This document shows, in pieces, positions 37,401 to 50,546 of a stretch of 64,000 bases of DNA. Made by a program: the position numbers and the translations under genes. Origin of the DNA: Octopus sinensis (lineage: Eukaryota); NCBI RefSeq assembly GCF_006345805.1, contig NC_043019.1, forward strand, positions 28,953,360 through 29,017,359. Direction: 5' to 3'. Below the pieces are notes generated by a model, which saw only the letters and a list, made by a program, of their open reading frames with translations, had not been told where the DNA came from and ran no database searches. The stretch's first letter is position 1, and each line of letters begins with the position of its first letter.

Positions 37401-38826
37401 CAAGACTGGAGTTTATGGTATTATTTCTAACTCCGTAGTTACAATTGTTTCAATACAACCTATGTCAATATATTAATGACACAGCTCAGATTCAAGTCCT
37501 TTTTATATACTACATCTGTGTGTGTGTGATAGTTCACTTATTAATTTTAATTGACAATGGTCAAGGTAGATGACAGATTAGCAGAAGGCATTTTTCTTTT
37601 ATCTTTCTTTATTTTTTATAGTGTGAAAGAGATGCACATATGCAAGTACAAACACTCTTGCAGTCTTAAACAACATGTCCAGAGGCAAGATGAAGTCAAG
37701 GTAACTGAACCTGTACGAGGAAACAAGACTGCCAAAATGGCTGAAGAATCTCCAGTACCTTGGTATGTGTTCAGGCCATGAGACACCTTTCCAGATGGCT
37801 TGTTTCCACCTACACCAGTTGCCCTCATTGACCTACAACTGCCGACTTCAAATCTGTGGAGATGCCGGTTCCTGATTGCTTTGACCATGTCACTGGGAAT
37901 AAACACATATGTGAACATGCCACTAACCATACACATACACTAAATGTACATATAATTATAATAATAAGGGTTTTTTGCAACAAATTGCTTAACCACATAC
38001 TGAAAATTTTAGAAATAGCAGCCAAAAGACTACCATTTCCTTTTACTACAAAAATAAGTCTTCACAGACAACAATATTTGTAACTCACATATGGCAAAAA
38101 AAGAAGAAAAATGTTTCACTACGAGGTGAAATTTGTTGATTTTATTAAATTAATTATATTTAACCCTATATCTAAATGTACATATGTAGATATTATGGCA
38201 TGGCCAGTGACTCACTTGAGTTCATCTGCCCTTTGATAGGTCTTGTTTCCCACCCTCTAGTGCGCTCAAAATTACTCTCCTCAAGAAGCAAACTCGGTAA
38301 AGTTGCCATTTTCATTGCTTGCTGATAGCTCAACCCATGAGACATATTTTATCAGGTCACACGTGGCCTTTGCTTTCCATCCTGCAAGGTGTCCAAAATC
38401 ACCCTCCTTATCAAGAAAACTTGGTTTAAATTGCCATTTTTGTTGTCGTTGACCCAACCATGCAACAGGTTGTGCAAGGTTACACGAGACCAGTATTACT
38501 CATGGTGGAAGCACGTGGCTTAGTGGTTAGAGTGTTGGACTCGTGATTGTAAGATTGTGGTTTCAATCCCTGGTCCGGAAAATCCATTGTGTTCTTGAGC
38601 AAAACACTTCATTTCACGTTGCTCCAGTCCACTCAGCTGTAGACATGACTTTAGCTTGGAGAGGGATGGGTTCCGTCAGTCTTTCTCACCCTAGATAAGC
38701 TGCATGGCTTCAGCACCCCAATGACCCCCAAGGGGTTAAGGGACTTGTCAGTGTCACTGACAAATGATCTGACATGAATTGGAAGAGTCAAAAGAGCATT
38801 GGATAGAGTCCCTTATAGTATTTGTT

Positions 38827-39052
38827 TAATCCTTCAACATTCAGATTACTTCGTTAAATTTAAAGTTTATATACTTATATTGCGTTAGATTAATCATGCA
38901 GTATCTGATAGCTTCAAAATATGAATAATATGATTGTTTATTTTTAGAGTGACATTGTAGGGTAGGTGTGAGGAGCCAGATCTGGTTAGTTTGAACATAA
39001 AACAGGTAGAATTTTGTACCTGATATGGTAAGTTTAAATGTTAATGGATTAA
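38827..39052. mobile_element. piggyBac-like MITE, diverged
   Basis: Collinear with 49634-49853, with degenerate TTAA ends. Confidence 0.7.
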
Positions 39053-39120
39053 ACTCTTTGTACTCTGAGTTCAACTTTTCCTTTCATCCTTTAGGGGTCA
39101 GTAAAAAGCATCAACCCAGG

Positions 39121-39158
<38 letters not shown>

Positions 39159-39161
<3 letters not shown>

Positions 39162-39551
39162 GAGTGGCTGTGTGGCAAGTAGCTTGCTAACCAACCACAT
39201 GGTTCCGGGTTCAATCCCACTGCGTGGCATCTTGGGCAAGTGTCTTCTGCTATAGCCCCGGGCCGACCAATGCCTTGTGAGTGGATTTGGTAGACGGAAA
39301 CTGAAAGAAGCCTGTCGTATATATGTATATATATATGTATGTGTGTGTATGTGTTTGTGTCTGTTTGTCTCCCTAGCATTGCTTGACAACCGATGCTGGT
39401 GTGTTTACGTCCCCGTCACTTAGCGGTTCGGCAAAAGAGACCGATAGAATAAGTACTGGGCTTACAAAGAATAAGTCCCGGGGCCGATTTGCTCGACTAA
39501 AGGCGGTGCTCCAGCATGGCCGCAGTCAAATGACTGAAACAAGTAAAAGAG
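39159..39551 (+). mobile_element. Young SINE A
   Basis: Close to consensus and full length. Confidence 0.93.
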
Positions 39552-39982
39552 TATATATGTACACACACATAGGCATATATACAGAGAGAGACAGATGAGA
39601 AAGAAGATCGGGAGCTAGAAAGAGAATGAGAAAGGTAGGCAAAGAAAAAAGAGCTGGGGAGAGAGAGAGATAAAGAACAAGTTGAGACAAAGAGAGAGCC
39701 TACTTTGATAACCAACAGCATCCAGCCTGTCACTTCTTATCCTCATTAATTACTACCTATTCATCTCTATCTCTCTCTATTTCTTGCTTACTTTTTCTAT
39801 ACATCTCACTTCCCTCCTATCTCTCCCTCTTTTATCTTCCAATCCTCTCTTTCTTTCTTTTCCTCTCATATCTCTTCTCCATCTATCCCATAAAATAATA
39901 TGACTAAGAAGGAATCCAGCAACCTCATCTTCATTACATTGAAAAAATGTCTGGAGAAATAAAAGAAAGAATGTATATTTAC

Positions 39983-40073
39983 CATCTTTTCTATTTTTCT
40001 TGGAAAGCGTAAGTTTTATGGGCTGAGATTCCCATTCCGAAGAAGAGGTTTGGATGGCTTTCCGTCGTATCAC
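39983..40073 (-). CDS. TJP1: ZO-1-like exon, end of PDZ1, short linker and start of PDZ2 (VIRRKAIQTSSSEWESQPIKLTLSKKNRKD-E)
   Basis: Acceptor ttgtttcttgatcag, donor GATG|gtaaat. 91 nt, phase 0 to 1. QPIKLTLSK resembles the pyd/ZO-1 PDZ2 first strand. Confidence 0.93.
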
Positions 40074-41418
40074 CTGATCAAGAAACAAATGCAAATAAGT
40101 ATCAAAGCTTCATCACACAAAATTACACACACACACACACACGTACAAATTGTCCCTTGTTAACATAGTTAACATTCATGAAATTTTTTTGGCAGGGCCA
40201 CCATGATTAGTAGTGGAGGGAAATGGATACTGGAACCAAGGTACATGGGTTGCTCAACAGGAAATAATGCATTTGGAAATGGGATTACGCTCAGATTGGA
40301 TGTGTGTGTGTGTGTGTATGGATTTACAAAATTCCTCAATACTTCAAAAATACAATCCAAAAGAAACAAATTTCCTTTTAGTTTTGCAAGACTAAGGTTT
40401 CTGGTTTAACAATTAAAAGTCAACAGGGCTCTCAGGTGCACTGGCATCATGTCTACCTGATCTACATCAGACATGTGGTTCGGTTCCTGTGGATGCTTGT
40501 TCTTTATTTCTCTGCTAAAGGATTTTTACTTGATATTTATGGACTATTATACATAATTACATTTCCATTTGAACAACTTCATAAAAAGACTAATTTTCAA
40601 ATGTCTCAAGACCTCAAAAGCACAATCGAATATCAACATCCTCGTCATTATTTTAATGTCCACTTTTCCATGCTTGTATGGGCCAGATGGACTTTATCGA
40701 GGCAGATTTTCTAAAGGTGAACACTCTTCCCATTACCAACTCTCAAGGTGATATTTTCCCCTTGACCAGACATGTTTTTGCAGAATAATGGAAATGAATG
40801 AAACTGCTCGTGTGACAATGACAATCATTTACAACTATTAAATGATGTCAAGACAAGGAAATACACAAACACAATGAGCTTCTTTCAGTTTTTGTCAACC
40901 AAATTCACTTACAAGGCTTTGGTTGATTTAGGGCTACAGTAAGAGATACTTGACCAGAATACCATGTAGTGGGACTGAACCCAAAATCACGTGGTTGGGA
41001 AATATATCTAACTTTTTTCCTTGTTTCAGTCATTGGTCTGCTGCTACACAGGGCATCACCTTAAATGGTTTTAGCCAATCATATCAACCCTAGTACCTAT
41101 TTTTTAATTCAATACTTATTGATTTCTATCTATCAATCCACTAAAGACACCATATTTTTCAAGTGGTATCGATATAAAGAAACACACACACACTACAGGT
41201 TTCTACACAATTTCTGCCAACCTACTTTCTTTCACAAGGCTTGGGTTGAATGGAGCAGAAGACACTTGTCCAAAGTGCTTCTGTGTAGTGGAATTGAACT
41301 GGAAAACATATGGTAACTGCAATGCAAGCTTCTCAGCCTCACTGCTCTAACTGTCCCCATTTCAATTTGCTCAAGAAAGAAATCATTAATTTTTGCCCTA
41401 ACCCTTTGCTTGTACTGT

Positions 41419-41563
41419 GTATCTCATGTGCTGTACAGGACATATATTTCCCTAGGGTCCATGCATCTCATGTGCTATACAGGACATATATTTCCTAGGG
41501 TCCATGCATCTCATGTGCTATACAGGACATATATTTCCCTAGGGTCCACGCATCTCATATGCT
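41419..41563. repeat. 44-bp minisatellite, about 3.3 copies
   Basis: Unit gcatctcatgtgctatacaggacatatatttccctagggtccat starts at 41419, 41463, 41506 and 41550. Confidence 0.95.
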
Positions 41564-41787
41564 TACACATTCTAAAATCTTTCCAACCACAAGGGTAACT
41601 TGGGACTCACGAAAGGAAAGCTTTATATTACGAGGGCTTACTAAAAGTCTGAAAATAAATAAGAAAGGATATTTAGGACAAACTTATGAAAGTGCTTCGA
41701 AGGGGCAAAAGGTTAATTCAATAAGCCCATTAAGACAACATTTTATTTTCCTTTGTTTAATTATATGACAAACAAACAGAAACTCAC

Positions 41788-41890
41788 CAAATGGGCAGTT
41801 TTTCCACTCTCTTTTAGTAAAGTTACAGCAGTATTGTAGTCTACATTCTCCAACGATAACCCATTTACACTAATCACTCGATCATTAATT
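41788..41890 (-). CDS. TJP1: ZO-1-like exon, PDZ1 C-terminal half (INDRVISVNGLSLENVDYNTAVTLLKESGKTAHL)
   Basis: Acceptor ttatttcag, donor TTG|gtgagt. 103 nt, phase 2 to 0, in frame with both neighbours. Resembles ZO-1 ENDRVAMVNGVSMDNV. Confidence 0.96.
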
Positions 41891-42457
41891 CTGAAATAAT
41901 TTATAAAACAAAACAAAATGAAAGAGAGAGAGGGGGAAGAGAGAGAAAATCAGTGTCAAACAAAGCAGTTGTACAAATGTTATTAAAATCCTATTAAAAT
42001 GGTAATAGAAAAACTTCCATTAAAATTAAACCATTTCAATTATCTAAATGCAAGCTATTTTTTCATATCCTAAAATGGTTTCCAATTTAATAATAATTAA
42101 GTAAAAAAAAAGAAGAAAAAAAAGAAAATTAAATAATGCAGTAACAAAAAATAATTGAAAACATTAAGTATAAAGTAAAATAATTACATAAGATGTGTCT
42201 ATATTGATTGGTGTATAAGTATATATGTAGGCATATGAGTGTATATGTACATAGATGTATGTATGTATGCATGTATGCATGTATGTATGTATGTATGCAT
42301 GTATATGTGTGTGTTTGTGTATGCATACATATGTGTGTATGTATGCATGCCACTGAAATTAGTGATTGAAAACAACATGTTTAATAACTTTGAACAGTAT
42401 CAATTGTTGAAATCAAAGAAGGGCCAGGTATAACATAAAAGCAGATAGCTAACTTAC

Positions 42458-42582
42458 TGCAGCTTTCCTTCAGCAGGGCCTGCTTTAAGGACATCACAAA
42501 TAGCTATAGAGGGGTCTCCATTGTCGAAATGTGGATTGTCTCGACCACCACTTACAGCAATGCCAAATCCAAAATTATCAAC
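42458..42582 (-). CDS. TJP1: ZO-1/polychaetoid-like exon, PDZ1 N-terminal half ([42 protein letters not shown])
   Basis: Translation matches the ZO-1 PDZ1 signature [15 protein letters not shown]. Acceptor ttgtatttccgcag, donor GCA|gtaagt. 125 nt, phase 0 to 2. Confidence 0.97.
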
Positions 42583-42829
42583 CTGCGGAAATACAAGAGA
42601 AAAAAAAATGTGTTTCAAGATAATATATGAGGTATGGCTGCATGGTGAAGAAGTTTATTTTGAAATTACATGAGTTAAGGTCTGATACTACAATGGGGGC
42701 ATTTTAGGAAGCGTCTATTACTTTTAGGTTCGGGTCCTTCAAAACCAGAGTGGAATTTGCTGTGGAAGTTGCTGTTCTTGGGTGAATAGATTTAATCAGT
42801 CACTAGATCTAACAAGTCTTAACCATTGG

Positions 42830-43090
42830 GAGCATTCAACAGAGTCCACCCTTGTCACAGGCCGCATGTAAAGAGCATCTTTCACTCAAGCCTGCCAGTG
42901 GATCCTAAATGCATGGAGTCGTGTCAAAACATCCACCATCAACAATGGGTTCAAAAGCTGAACTGCTGCATGATGAAGAGGCTGAAGTGAGCAATGAGAT
43001 CCTGAAGCTGTTCAATTCGGACACTGAAGAAGAGGACTTAGATGGTTTCAGTGTGCAGGAAGAAGATAAAGAAGGCGATCAATGACTTTT
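42830..43090 (+). mobile_element. pogo/Tigger transposase C-terminal remnant
   Basis: Peptides TGRM*RASFTQACQWILNAWSRVKTSTINNGFK and LFNSDTEEEDLDGF match the pogo-family tail (TGR.RR.S...VC.WI..AW; LF.SDTE.E.F.GF). Confidence 0.82.
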
Positions 43091-43263
43091 GTCCTGGTGG
43101 GCTGCAGTGTGTGTGTGTATGTATATATATATATATATATATATATTGGCCTGCTCGCTTAGCCAGTGGGGTGGCGTCATTCGAAGGCTAAAACAATGCG
43201 AATGCATTGTGACCAGCGATGTGTAACAACATCTGATGGTCTGGTCGGTCACGTAATCACGTG

Positions 43264-43331
<68 letters not shown>

Positions 43332-44220
43332 CTGGTCGTTAGGAGGAATGTTGTTCGTGCACTGCTCAGTAAAAAAGCATAAGCAACGTAATTTGTGTGT
43401 TAATGATACCTACGTATATTTAAAGGTAGCCGTGTTAGAGGCACTGTTCGAAAAAAGCATTTGTAATATGTGTTTGTCTATGTTACCATACGGATTAAAT
43501 TAAAAGTTAAAAAATCCTCAGGTATAATATCTTTCTGTGTAAATATCTCATATTACAACATTTTGGACACCTGCAGCTTAGAATCCGGTAACCTTAGGTG
43601 CAAAGAAACAAACAGTGATCTCCAACATTGAAAATTCTTTTGATATCAATCGGCCAGAGACCATCTCCAGTTCCATGTTATGAAACAATTCATTTTAATG
43701 GGTTAATGTGTATATTTAAAAATAAACCTTCTCTCATAATTTTACGTAAGAATTTCTTTGTTATGTTCCAAACACAAGCTTAATAATGATTTCAGATTTT
43801 GGTACAATGACAACAATTTTAGGGGTGGTGGTAAGTCACTTAAATCAATCCCTATTTTATTTTATTGACCCTAAGATGATGTCGGTGGTGGTGATAATGA
43901 TTCTGGACTCTTCTCCCATCAAAGATGACATATGAGTGTTCAGATTTTGCTGAATGACCTGCACAAAAGATCTGTTTATAGAGGTCAAATGTATGTGCTG
44001 TACATTAGCTTACTCCCTCCATCAAATTGGCATTACTTGAACAGGTGCATGGTGTACCTTGCATCAGATGCCGAAGTGATCATAAAGCAATATGAGATGA
44101 AGAGTTTTTGCTCAAAAACACAATGTACCACCTGGTCTAGGAATTGAAACCACAATCTCATGTGCAACACCCTAACCACTAGGCCATGCATGCATCCACA
44201 CAATAATAACAATAATGATA

Positions 44221-45155
44221 ATCCTTTCTATTATAGGCACAAGGCCTGAAATTTGGAGGAGGGGGATAGTCAATTACACTGACCCCAGTACTCAACTGGT
44301 ACATAATTTATCGACCCTGAAATGATGAAAGGCAAAGGTGACCTCGGTGGAATTTGAACTCAGAACATTGCAGCAGACAGAATACCACTAAGCACTTTGC
44401 CTGGCATGCCAACGATTCTGCCAGCTCACTGCACAAGGCTTGAAATTTTGGGGGAGGAGTTAAGTTGATTACATTGACCCCAGTGTTTGACTTGTATTTA
44501 ATCAATCAACTGCAAAAAGCTGAAAGGCAAAGTTGACCTCAGTGGAATTTGAACTCAGAACGTAAAGATGGAAGAGATGCTGCAAAGCATTTCACCTGGT
44601 GTGCTTAACGATTCTGCCAGCTTGCCACCTTAATAATAATAATAATAATAATTATTATAATAATATTAATAATAATAATAATAACAACAACAACGATAAT
44701 AATCCTTTCTACTATAGGCACAATGCCTGAAATTTGGGGAAAGGGGATAGTCAATTACACTGACCCCAGTACTCAACTGGTACTTAATTTATCGACCCTG
44801 AAAGGATGAAAGGCAAAGCCAACCTCAGTGGAATTTGAACTCAGAACATAGTGATGGACGAAGTACCACTAAGCATTTCGCCCGGCATGCTAATAATTCT
44901 GTTGCCTCACCGCCTTAATAATAATAATAATAATAATGATAATTGGCACAAGGCCACCAATTTTGAGAAGAGGATGTCTGTTGATACCATCACCCCAAGT
45001 ACTTGACTGATCCTTTATTTCATTAAGCCCACCCTCGCCACCAGAAGAATGAAAGGTAAAGTTGACTTTGGTGGGATTTGAACTCAGAATGTCAAGAGCT
45101 GGAACAAATACCACAAAGCATTTTTTTCTGATTTATCTAATGGTTCTGTCAGCCC
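44221..45155 (-). mobile_element. Head-to-tail array of four SINE B copies with (AAT)n spacers
   Basis: Units at about 44221, 44432, 44701 and 44941, all in the same orientation. Confidence 0.88.
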
Positions 45156-46570
45156 AATTTCTCTCAGTGATGATGATGATGATGATGACGATGACGGTCT
45201 TAACTGGACACAAGGGCTCACAATGTTAAGGGCAGCACAATGATAATATTTGTAAAAACAAAATAGTGTGTGGTGGGGATGGTAGTGGGGGGAGGGGCTG
45301 AGGGTTATGGAGTAAAAAAAGGACAAGAACGACAAACAATAAAAAAACATCAATAACTAAATAGCAACGACATTAAAGAACAACGAAATGACAAGGAAGA
45401 ATCCCCAGAACGATAAGTTCCAGAAAACAGAAAACAGCAACACCAGGGCCTGTAAATATTTAATGCTTTTTCACACAGCTTTTGTTTAATCTTGAACACT
45501 TTTTCTGTATATGTCAGAAAACAAAGTCTTGGCGTATTTCTCAAACCACAAATAATAATAATGGTAATAACAATGTTCATGATGATGATGATGATGATGA
45601 TGGTGACGAATGATAATTAGGCATGCTGTATGTACCTAATTTGCTTCCGCTGTAATGGATAAGAATGCAGTTTGGTACAACAGCGGTAGAGAGGTTGAAA
45701 GCATAATATAATAGGCAGCTGAAGATAACGGTACAAATGCTGGAGAGGAAAAGAAAATATCTGATGCAAGGACTACACCGGAATATACATACACGCACAA
45801 ATAAAGATAGGGAGACAGGAGTGACAAAATAAAGCCCTACTTGGCCAGTTTCTATCCAGTGAGATTAGGAGGTAAGAATGACTACAGAAGATAATTAGAT
45901 AAACCAATGCCTAAAAAAAAAAAGACAGGATAATAATGGCTAGAATACTTTTGATCACATTTTTCCTTTTTGGTTAGCACTGTCCTGGTGCTAAATGACA
46001 ATAACATAATCCCCTTCTGTTATTAAAGATAAGAGACATGAAATAATCTCTATTTATCAACATATCAAAGTCCTTTTGACTGCAAGATTTCTTAAGAGAA
46101 CCCACCAGAATATACGGAGTGTAAAAAAAAGACAGAGATGGCCATGGCTAAAATGCTTTTGATCATAAGTTTGTTCTGTCACAGCTATCCCAGGGCTAAA
46201 CAGCAACAACAAGTTCATTATTGAAGATAGAGATAAGAAAGAAATACCGATGTATCAATCCCCTTCTGATCAGAACATCTTTCCACAGAGAGCATTGAGA
46301 AGCTACCAAAATGTAAGGATTTGGAAATAGAAGAAGATCCAATCTCTAATAAAAGTTGAGCCTAGATATGGCTACAATGCAATGCAATTAACGAGTCTTG
46401 CACAACAACAGCTGCACTCTGAGTCTGCTTTCTTCACCTGACCACCATCAATATCTGCAGGTATACAGGTGGTGCTCCAGTACGGCCACAGTCTAATGAG
46501 TGAAACATATTAAAAACACTAATTTTACAAAACAAACAGCTTTCAAAATTAATTATTCTTTTGTTTCTGG

Positions 46571-46775
46571 CACCTGTGCCGGTGGCACATAAAAAGCACC
46601 CACTACACTCACGGAGTGGTTGGCGTTAGGAAGGGCATCCAGCTGTAGAAACATTGCCAGATCAGACTGGGCCTGGTGCAGCCTTCTGGCTTCCCAGACC
46701 CCAGTTGAACTGTCCAACCCTTGCTAGCATGGAAAGCGGACGCTAAACGATGATGACGATGATGATGATGATAAT
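46571..46775 (+). mobile_element. SINE-like family D with (GAT)n tail
   Basis: ggagtggttggcgttaggaagggcatccagctgtagaaac...gcatggaaagcggacgctaaacgatgatg. Confidence 0.82.
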
Positions 46776-47250
46776 GTGCCATCTTGTGAAAATATGCTTT
46801 CATACAATTTACTCAGGTTTATATGAAAAGCTCTATCATATTTACCAACTATATTCCATATCTGTTTAGTCTTAACACAATTATATAATGTATTAAATTG
46901 TATTAGGAGTGAGGATTTATATAGCTTTAAAATATTCACATATTCATTTCGGTAATAAAAGTAAAGCTAAATTATATTTTTGCATTCTCTTTTCTGGTGG
47001 TCACAGAGTAAATGAAATGGTCCATTTCATAATGTAGTTCTAGGTATATATAAATACCAGGATGGCCACTGTTGAAACATCTTTAATAAAGCTGGCCTGG
47101 AACTCAACAACATTGTCTTAGCACATCATTTCTTTTAAAATGAAGAACCAAAAAAAAAAAAAAATCATAAATTTACACTATTGGGCATAACTAGAAATGT
47201 AACCCCAGCAAGATTATTTTTCCATTTCTTAAAAATGCTTTATATCTCTA

Positions 47251-47613
47251 CTAGCACTATGATCCAGCAACGCCGGGTCATAGTGCTAGTGCATGCATAT
47301 ACAGCTGCGTGCGTACGCCCATACACGTGAGTACTGTCCAAATCTCTGTCCAATCACATACAGCTAGCTGGTATTCAATTGGCGTATCAAGTTTCAGGCA
47401 TTTTGATTGGGTTTTGGATAGAAAATTCACAAAAAAGTCACTTCTATTGATTTTTTTAATGGCTTTGCGGGGTGACTGGGGAAATGTAAAGATGTGCACG
47501 AGCACCCTTGGATGGTTTTGAATGACCATAGAAAGTGCGAGCCCTCTAACTGAAAAATTGTGGATTTGTACAAAGGACACGCACGCAGACATTTTGCCAT
47601 TTATATATAGAAA
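47251..47613 (-). mobile_element. Non-autonomous Helitron-like element with a palindromic 3' terminus
   Basis: Shares the gcaacgccggg hairpin core, the CTAG end and the opposite end ...cagac...tttatatatag with the other copies. Confidence 0.65.
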
Positions 47614-47886
47614 TGAAATTTTCCAGGGTCCATAGGTAAAAAACGGTTGAGAAACACTGGTGTATGAAATCAGTTAAAATAATGGCCTCCATTTCTTACA
47701 CAACCCCTAGTGGAGCCCTTGTTTTTAATTTAGCTTATTCATCTCATATTAATTGCCAGTGAATGATCTGATAAATACATATTGCAATTATCAGTGATAA
47801 AAGTTTTTAAAATAAATGCATCCATGTCTGGTAAAAGGAAGTCTACAAATGCAACTCCTAACATGAAAAAAAAAAAGTAAATAAAT

Positions 47887-48294
47887 AGGAGTGGTTGTGT
47901 GGTAAGTAGCTTGCTTACCAACCACATGGTTCCGGGTTCAGTCCCACTGCGTGGCACCTTGGGCAAGTGTCTTCTGCTATAGCCTCGGGCCGACCAAAAG
48001 CCTTGTGAGTGGATTTGGTAGATGGAAACTGAAAGAAGCCTGTCGTATATATGTATATATATATATGTCTGTGTATGTTTGTGTGTCTGTGTTTGTCCAC
48101 CCCCACCCAACATCGCTTGACAACTGATGCTGGTGTGTTTACGTCGCCGTCACTTAGCGGTTCGGCAAAAGAGACCGATAGAATAAGTACTGGGCTTACA
48201 AAGAATAAGTCCCGGGGTCGATTTGCTCGACTAAAGGCGGTGCTCCAGCATGGCCGCAGTCAAATGACTGAAACAAGTAAAAGAGAGAAAAGAG
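47887..48294 (+). mobile_element. Young SINE A
   Basis: Close to consensus and full length. Confidence 0.93.
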
Positions 48295-48382
48295 AAAACA
48301 CTTTGTTCCGTATCTTTACCTAAGTAATAATTAAGTTACTCTTTCTTATCTCTTTTTAATTTAGTAGGATTACAGAAGTATG

Positions 48383-48591
48383 TACATTAATCCCTCACCA
48401 TATCGCGGTTCACCTATTGTGCACCCATTACACCACAGCTTTTTCTGGCTAATATAAGTAAACTTATATCACGTACTCCTCAGTACATCCAGGTTTCTGT
48501 GGTTGATAAGTATTTATATTTCTTTAGATTTTAATTATTTCTGTGGGAGGTTTTGGAATGTAACACCTGCGATAGTTGAGGGATTACTGTA
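48383..48591. mobile_element. Tigger/pogo-type MITE
   Basis: Imperfect TIRs tacattaatccctcaccatatcgcgg and cctgcgatagttgagggattactgta, with TA ends. Confidence 0.72.
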
Positions 48592-49504
48592 AATACTTTA
48601 CGTTAATTTTGTAACTTGTATTCACATGAGCTAATTAAATAAAACAATATACTTTTTGAATATGGAGAACATCCCCCTTGTTTATATTACATCAATCTGA
48701 ATTATGGCGCCACTTTAGGAACCCAACACCAGCGTAAAGTGTAGGCTGCCTGCCTATATATCTGTCTGTACATATGTATATTATATACATATATATATAT
48801 ATTTTATAACATATTTATTACATACATTTATACACTAGACATACAGTATATTTATTACATATAACAAACATTAAATATATACTATCTATATTTATTATTT
48901 ACATATGGCAGTGCCCCAGCATGGCCATAACTCGTGAGCTGAAACTAGATGTAATGAAATGAAAAAATGAAATATGTAATATATCTATTATATACACATG
49001 CAAATGCACACACATATATGATTAGTATATAAGCAGAAGGTGAAAAGGAACACACGAGTTGATATATATGGAAAAAATAGTCCCCTTGATTTTGAATACT
49101 ATACAAATATTCTTTTAAAAAACTTTTCTTTTAATTTTTCCAAAATTTAATGGTTTTCCATACAGTTGAAAAAGTCTCATTGACTGAAACTGGTACTGAA
49201 ATGTTTTTTAGAAAATTATTTTAGCATTTTCTACCTTGACTATTTTTTTTCCATATATATATATATATATATTAAGGTATGTAGAAAAATACAACATGGA
49301 CAAGAACGTATAACTCATAGAAGACGATACAATAAACATGGACAGGACATTCGAACCCCTCAGTCTTCAGTCAAGAACCGGATCATCGTAGTAATTTCGA
49401 TATATATATATATATATACATATATATATAAATAAGGATAAGATCGTTAATTTAAAAATAAAACAACGATTTTATCAAGTGGTCAGCATGGAAAAAAAAC
49501 CCTT

Positions 49505-50546
49505 CAAAGGTAATAATTATTAAAATTCAGCATGGTAGTATCTCATAGATATCCTAATTTATAATTATAATTTTCTATATATATATATATATATATATAC
49601 ATATGTTTGTATAAGATCTCTGCCTCAATTTAACCCTTTAGTGTTCAGATTACTCTGTTAAATATAATACTTTTTTACTTAAATTGCTTTGAATTAATCA
49701 GACATTATGTTATAGCTTTGAGGTTTCAATGATGTGATTGTTTATTTTTAGAATGTCACTGTAGGTTAGGTGTGAGAGGCTAGATATCACCAGTTTGAAT
49801 ATAAAACATTTAGAATATTTGGGCCGGATATGGCTGGTTTAAACACTAAAGGGTTAAACCAGGTTTGTGCTTTTCTACTTAGGAGAATTTTCATTAATAG
49901 GAACAGGATCTTTCAAACTGAGTAATGACGTCATAAAAAAATTAGCCAATGACACAACTACATATCAAATTCATTGATAGTTTGTCAATTTTAAGAATTC
50001 TTGATTCTTGAGATTATCTTCCTTTTCTAGTGGAACTAGCTTTAATTGCTATTTTGTAATTATTATACATCCTCCAAAGGTAATAATTATTAAAATTCAG
50101 CATGGTAGTATCTCATAGATATCCTAATTTATAATTATAATTTTCTATATATATATATATATATACATATGTTTGTATAAGATCTCTGCCTCAATTTAAC
50201 CCTTTAGTGTTCAGATTACTCTGTTAAATATAATACTTTTTTACTTAAATTGCTTTGAATTAATCAGACATTATGTTATAGCTTTGAGGTTTCAATGATG
50301 TGATTGTTTATTTTTAGAATGTCACTGTAGGTTAGGTGTGAGAGGCTAGATATCACCAGTTTGAATATAAAACATTTAGAATATTTGGGCCGGATATGGC
50401 TGGTTTAAACACTAAAGGGTTAAACCAGGTTTGTGCTTTTCTACTTAGGAGAATTTTCATTAATAGGAACAGGATCTTTCAAACTGAGTAATGATGTCAT
50501 AAAAAAATTAGCCAATGACACAACTACATATCAAATTCATTGATAG
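49505..50546. repeat. Recent direct duplication (476 and 472 bp) separated by a 100-bp inverted copy of 50804-50903
   Basis: 49505-49980 equals 50075-50546 except for a 4-bp (TA)n length difference and one C/T. 49977-50076 is the reverse complement of 50804-50903. Confidence 0.96.
49634..49853. mobile_element. piggyBac-like MITE (duplicated at 50200-50419)
   Basis: TTAA|ccctttagtgtt ... aacactaaaggg|TTAA. Confidence 0.9.
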
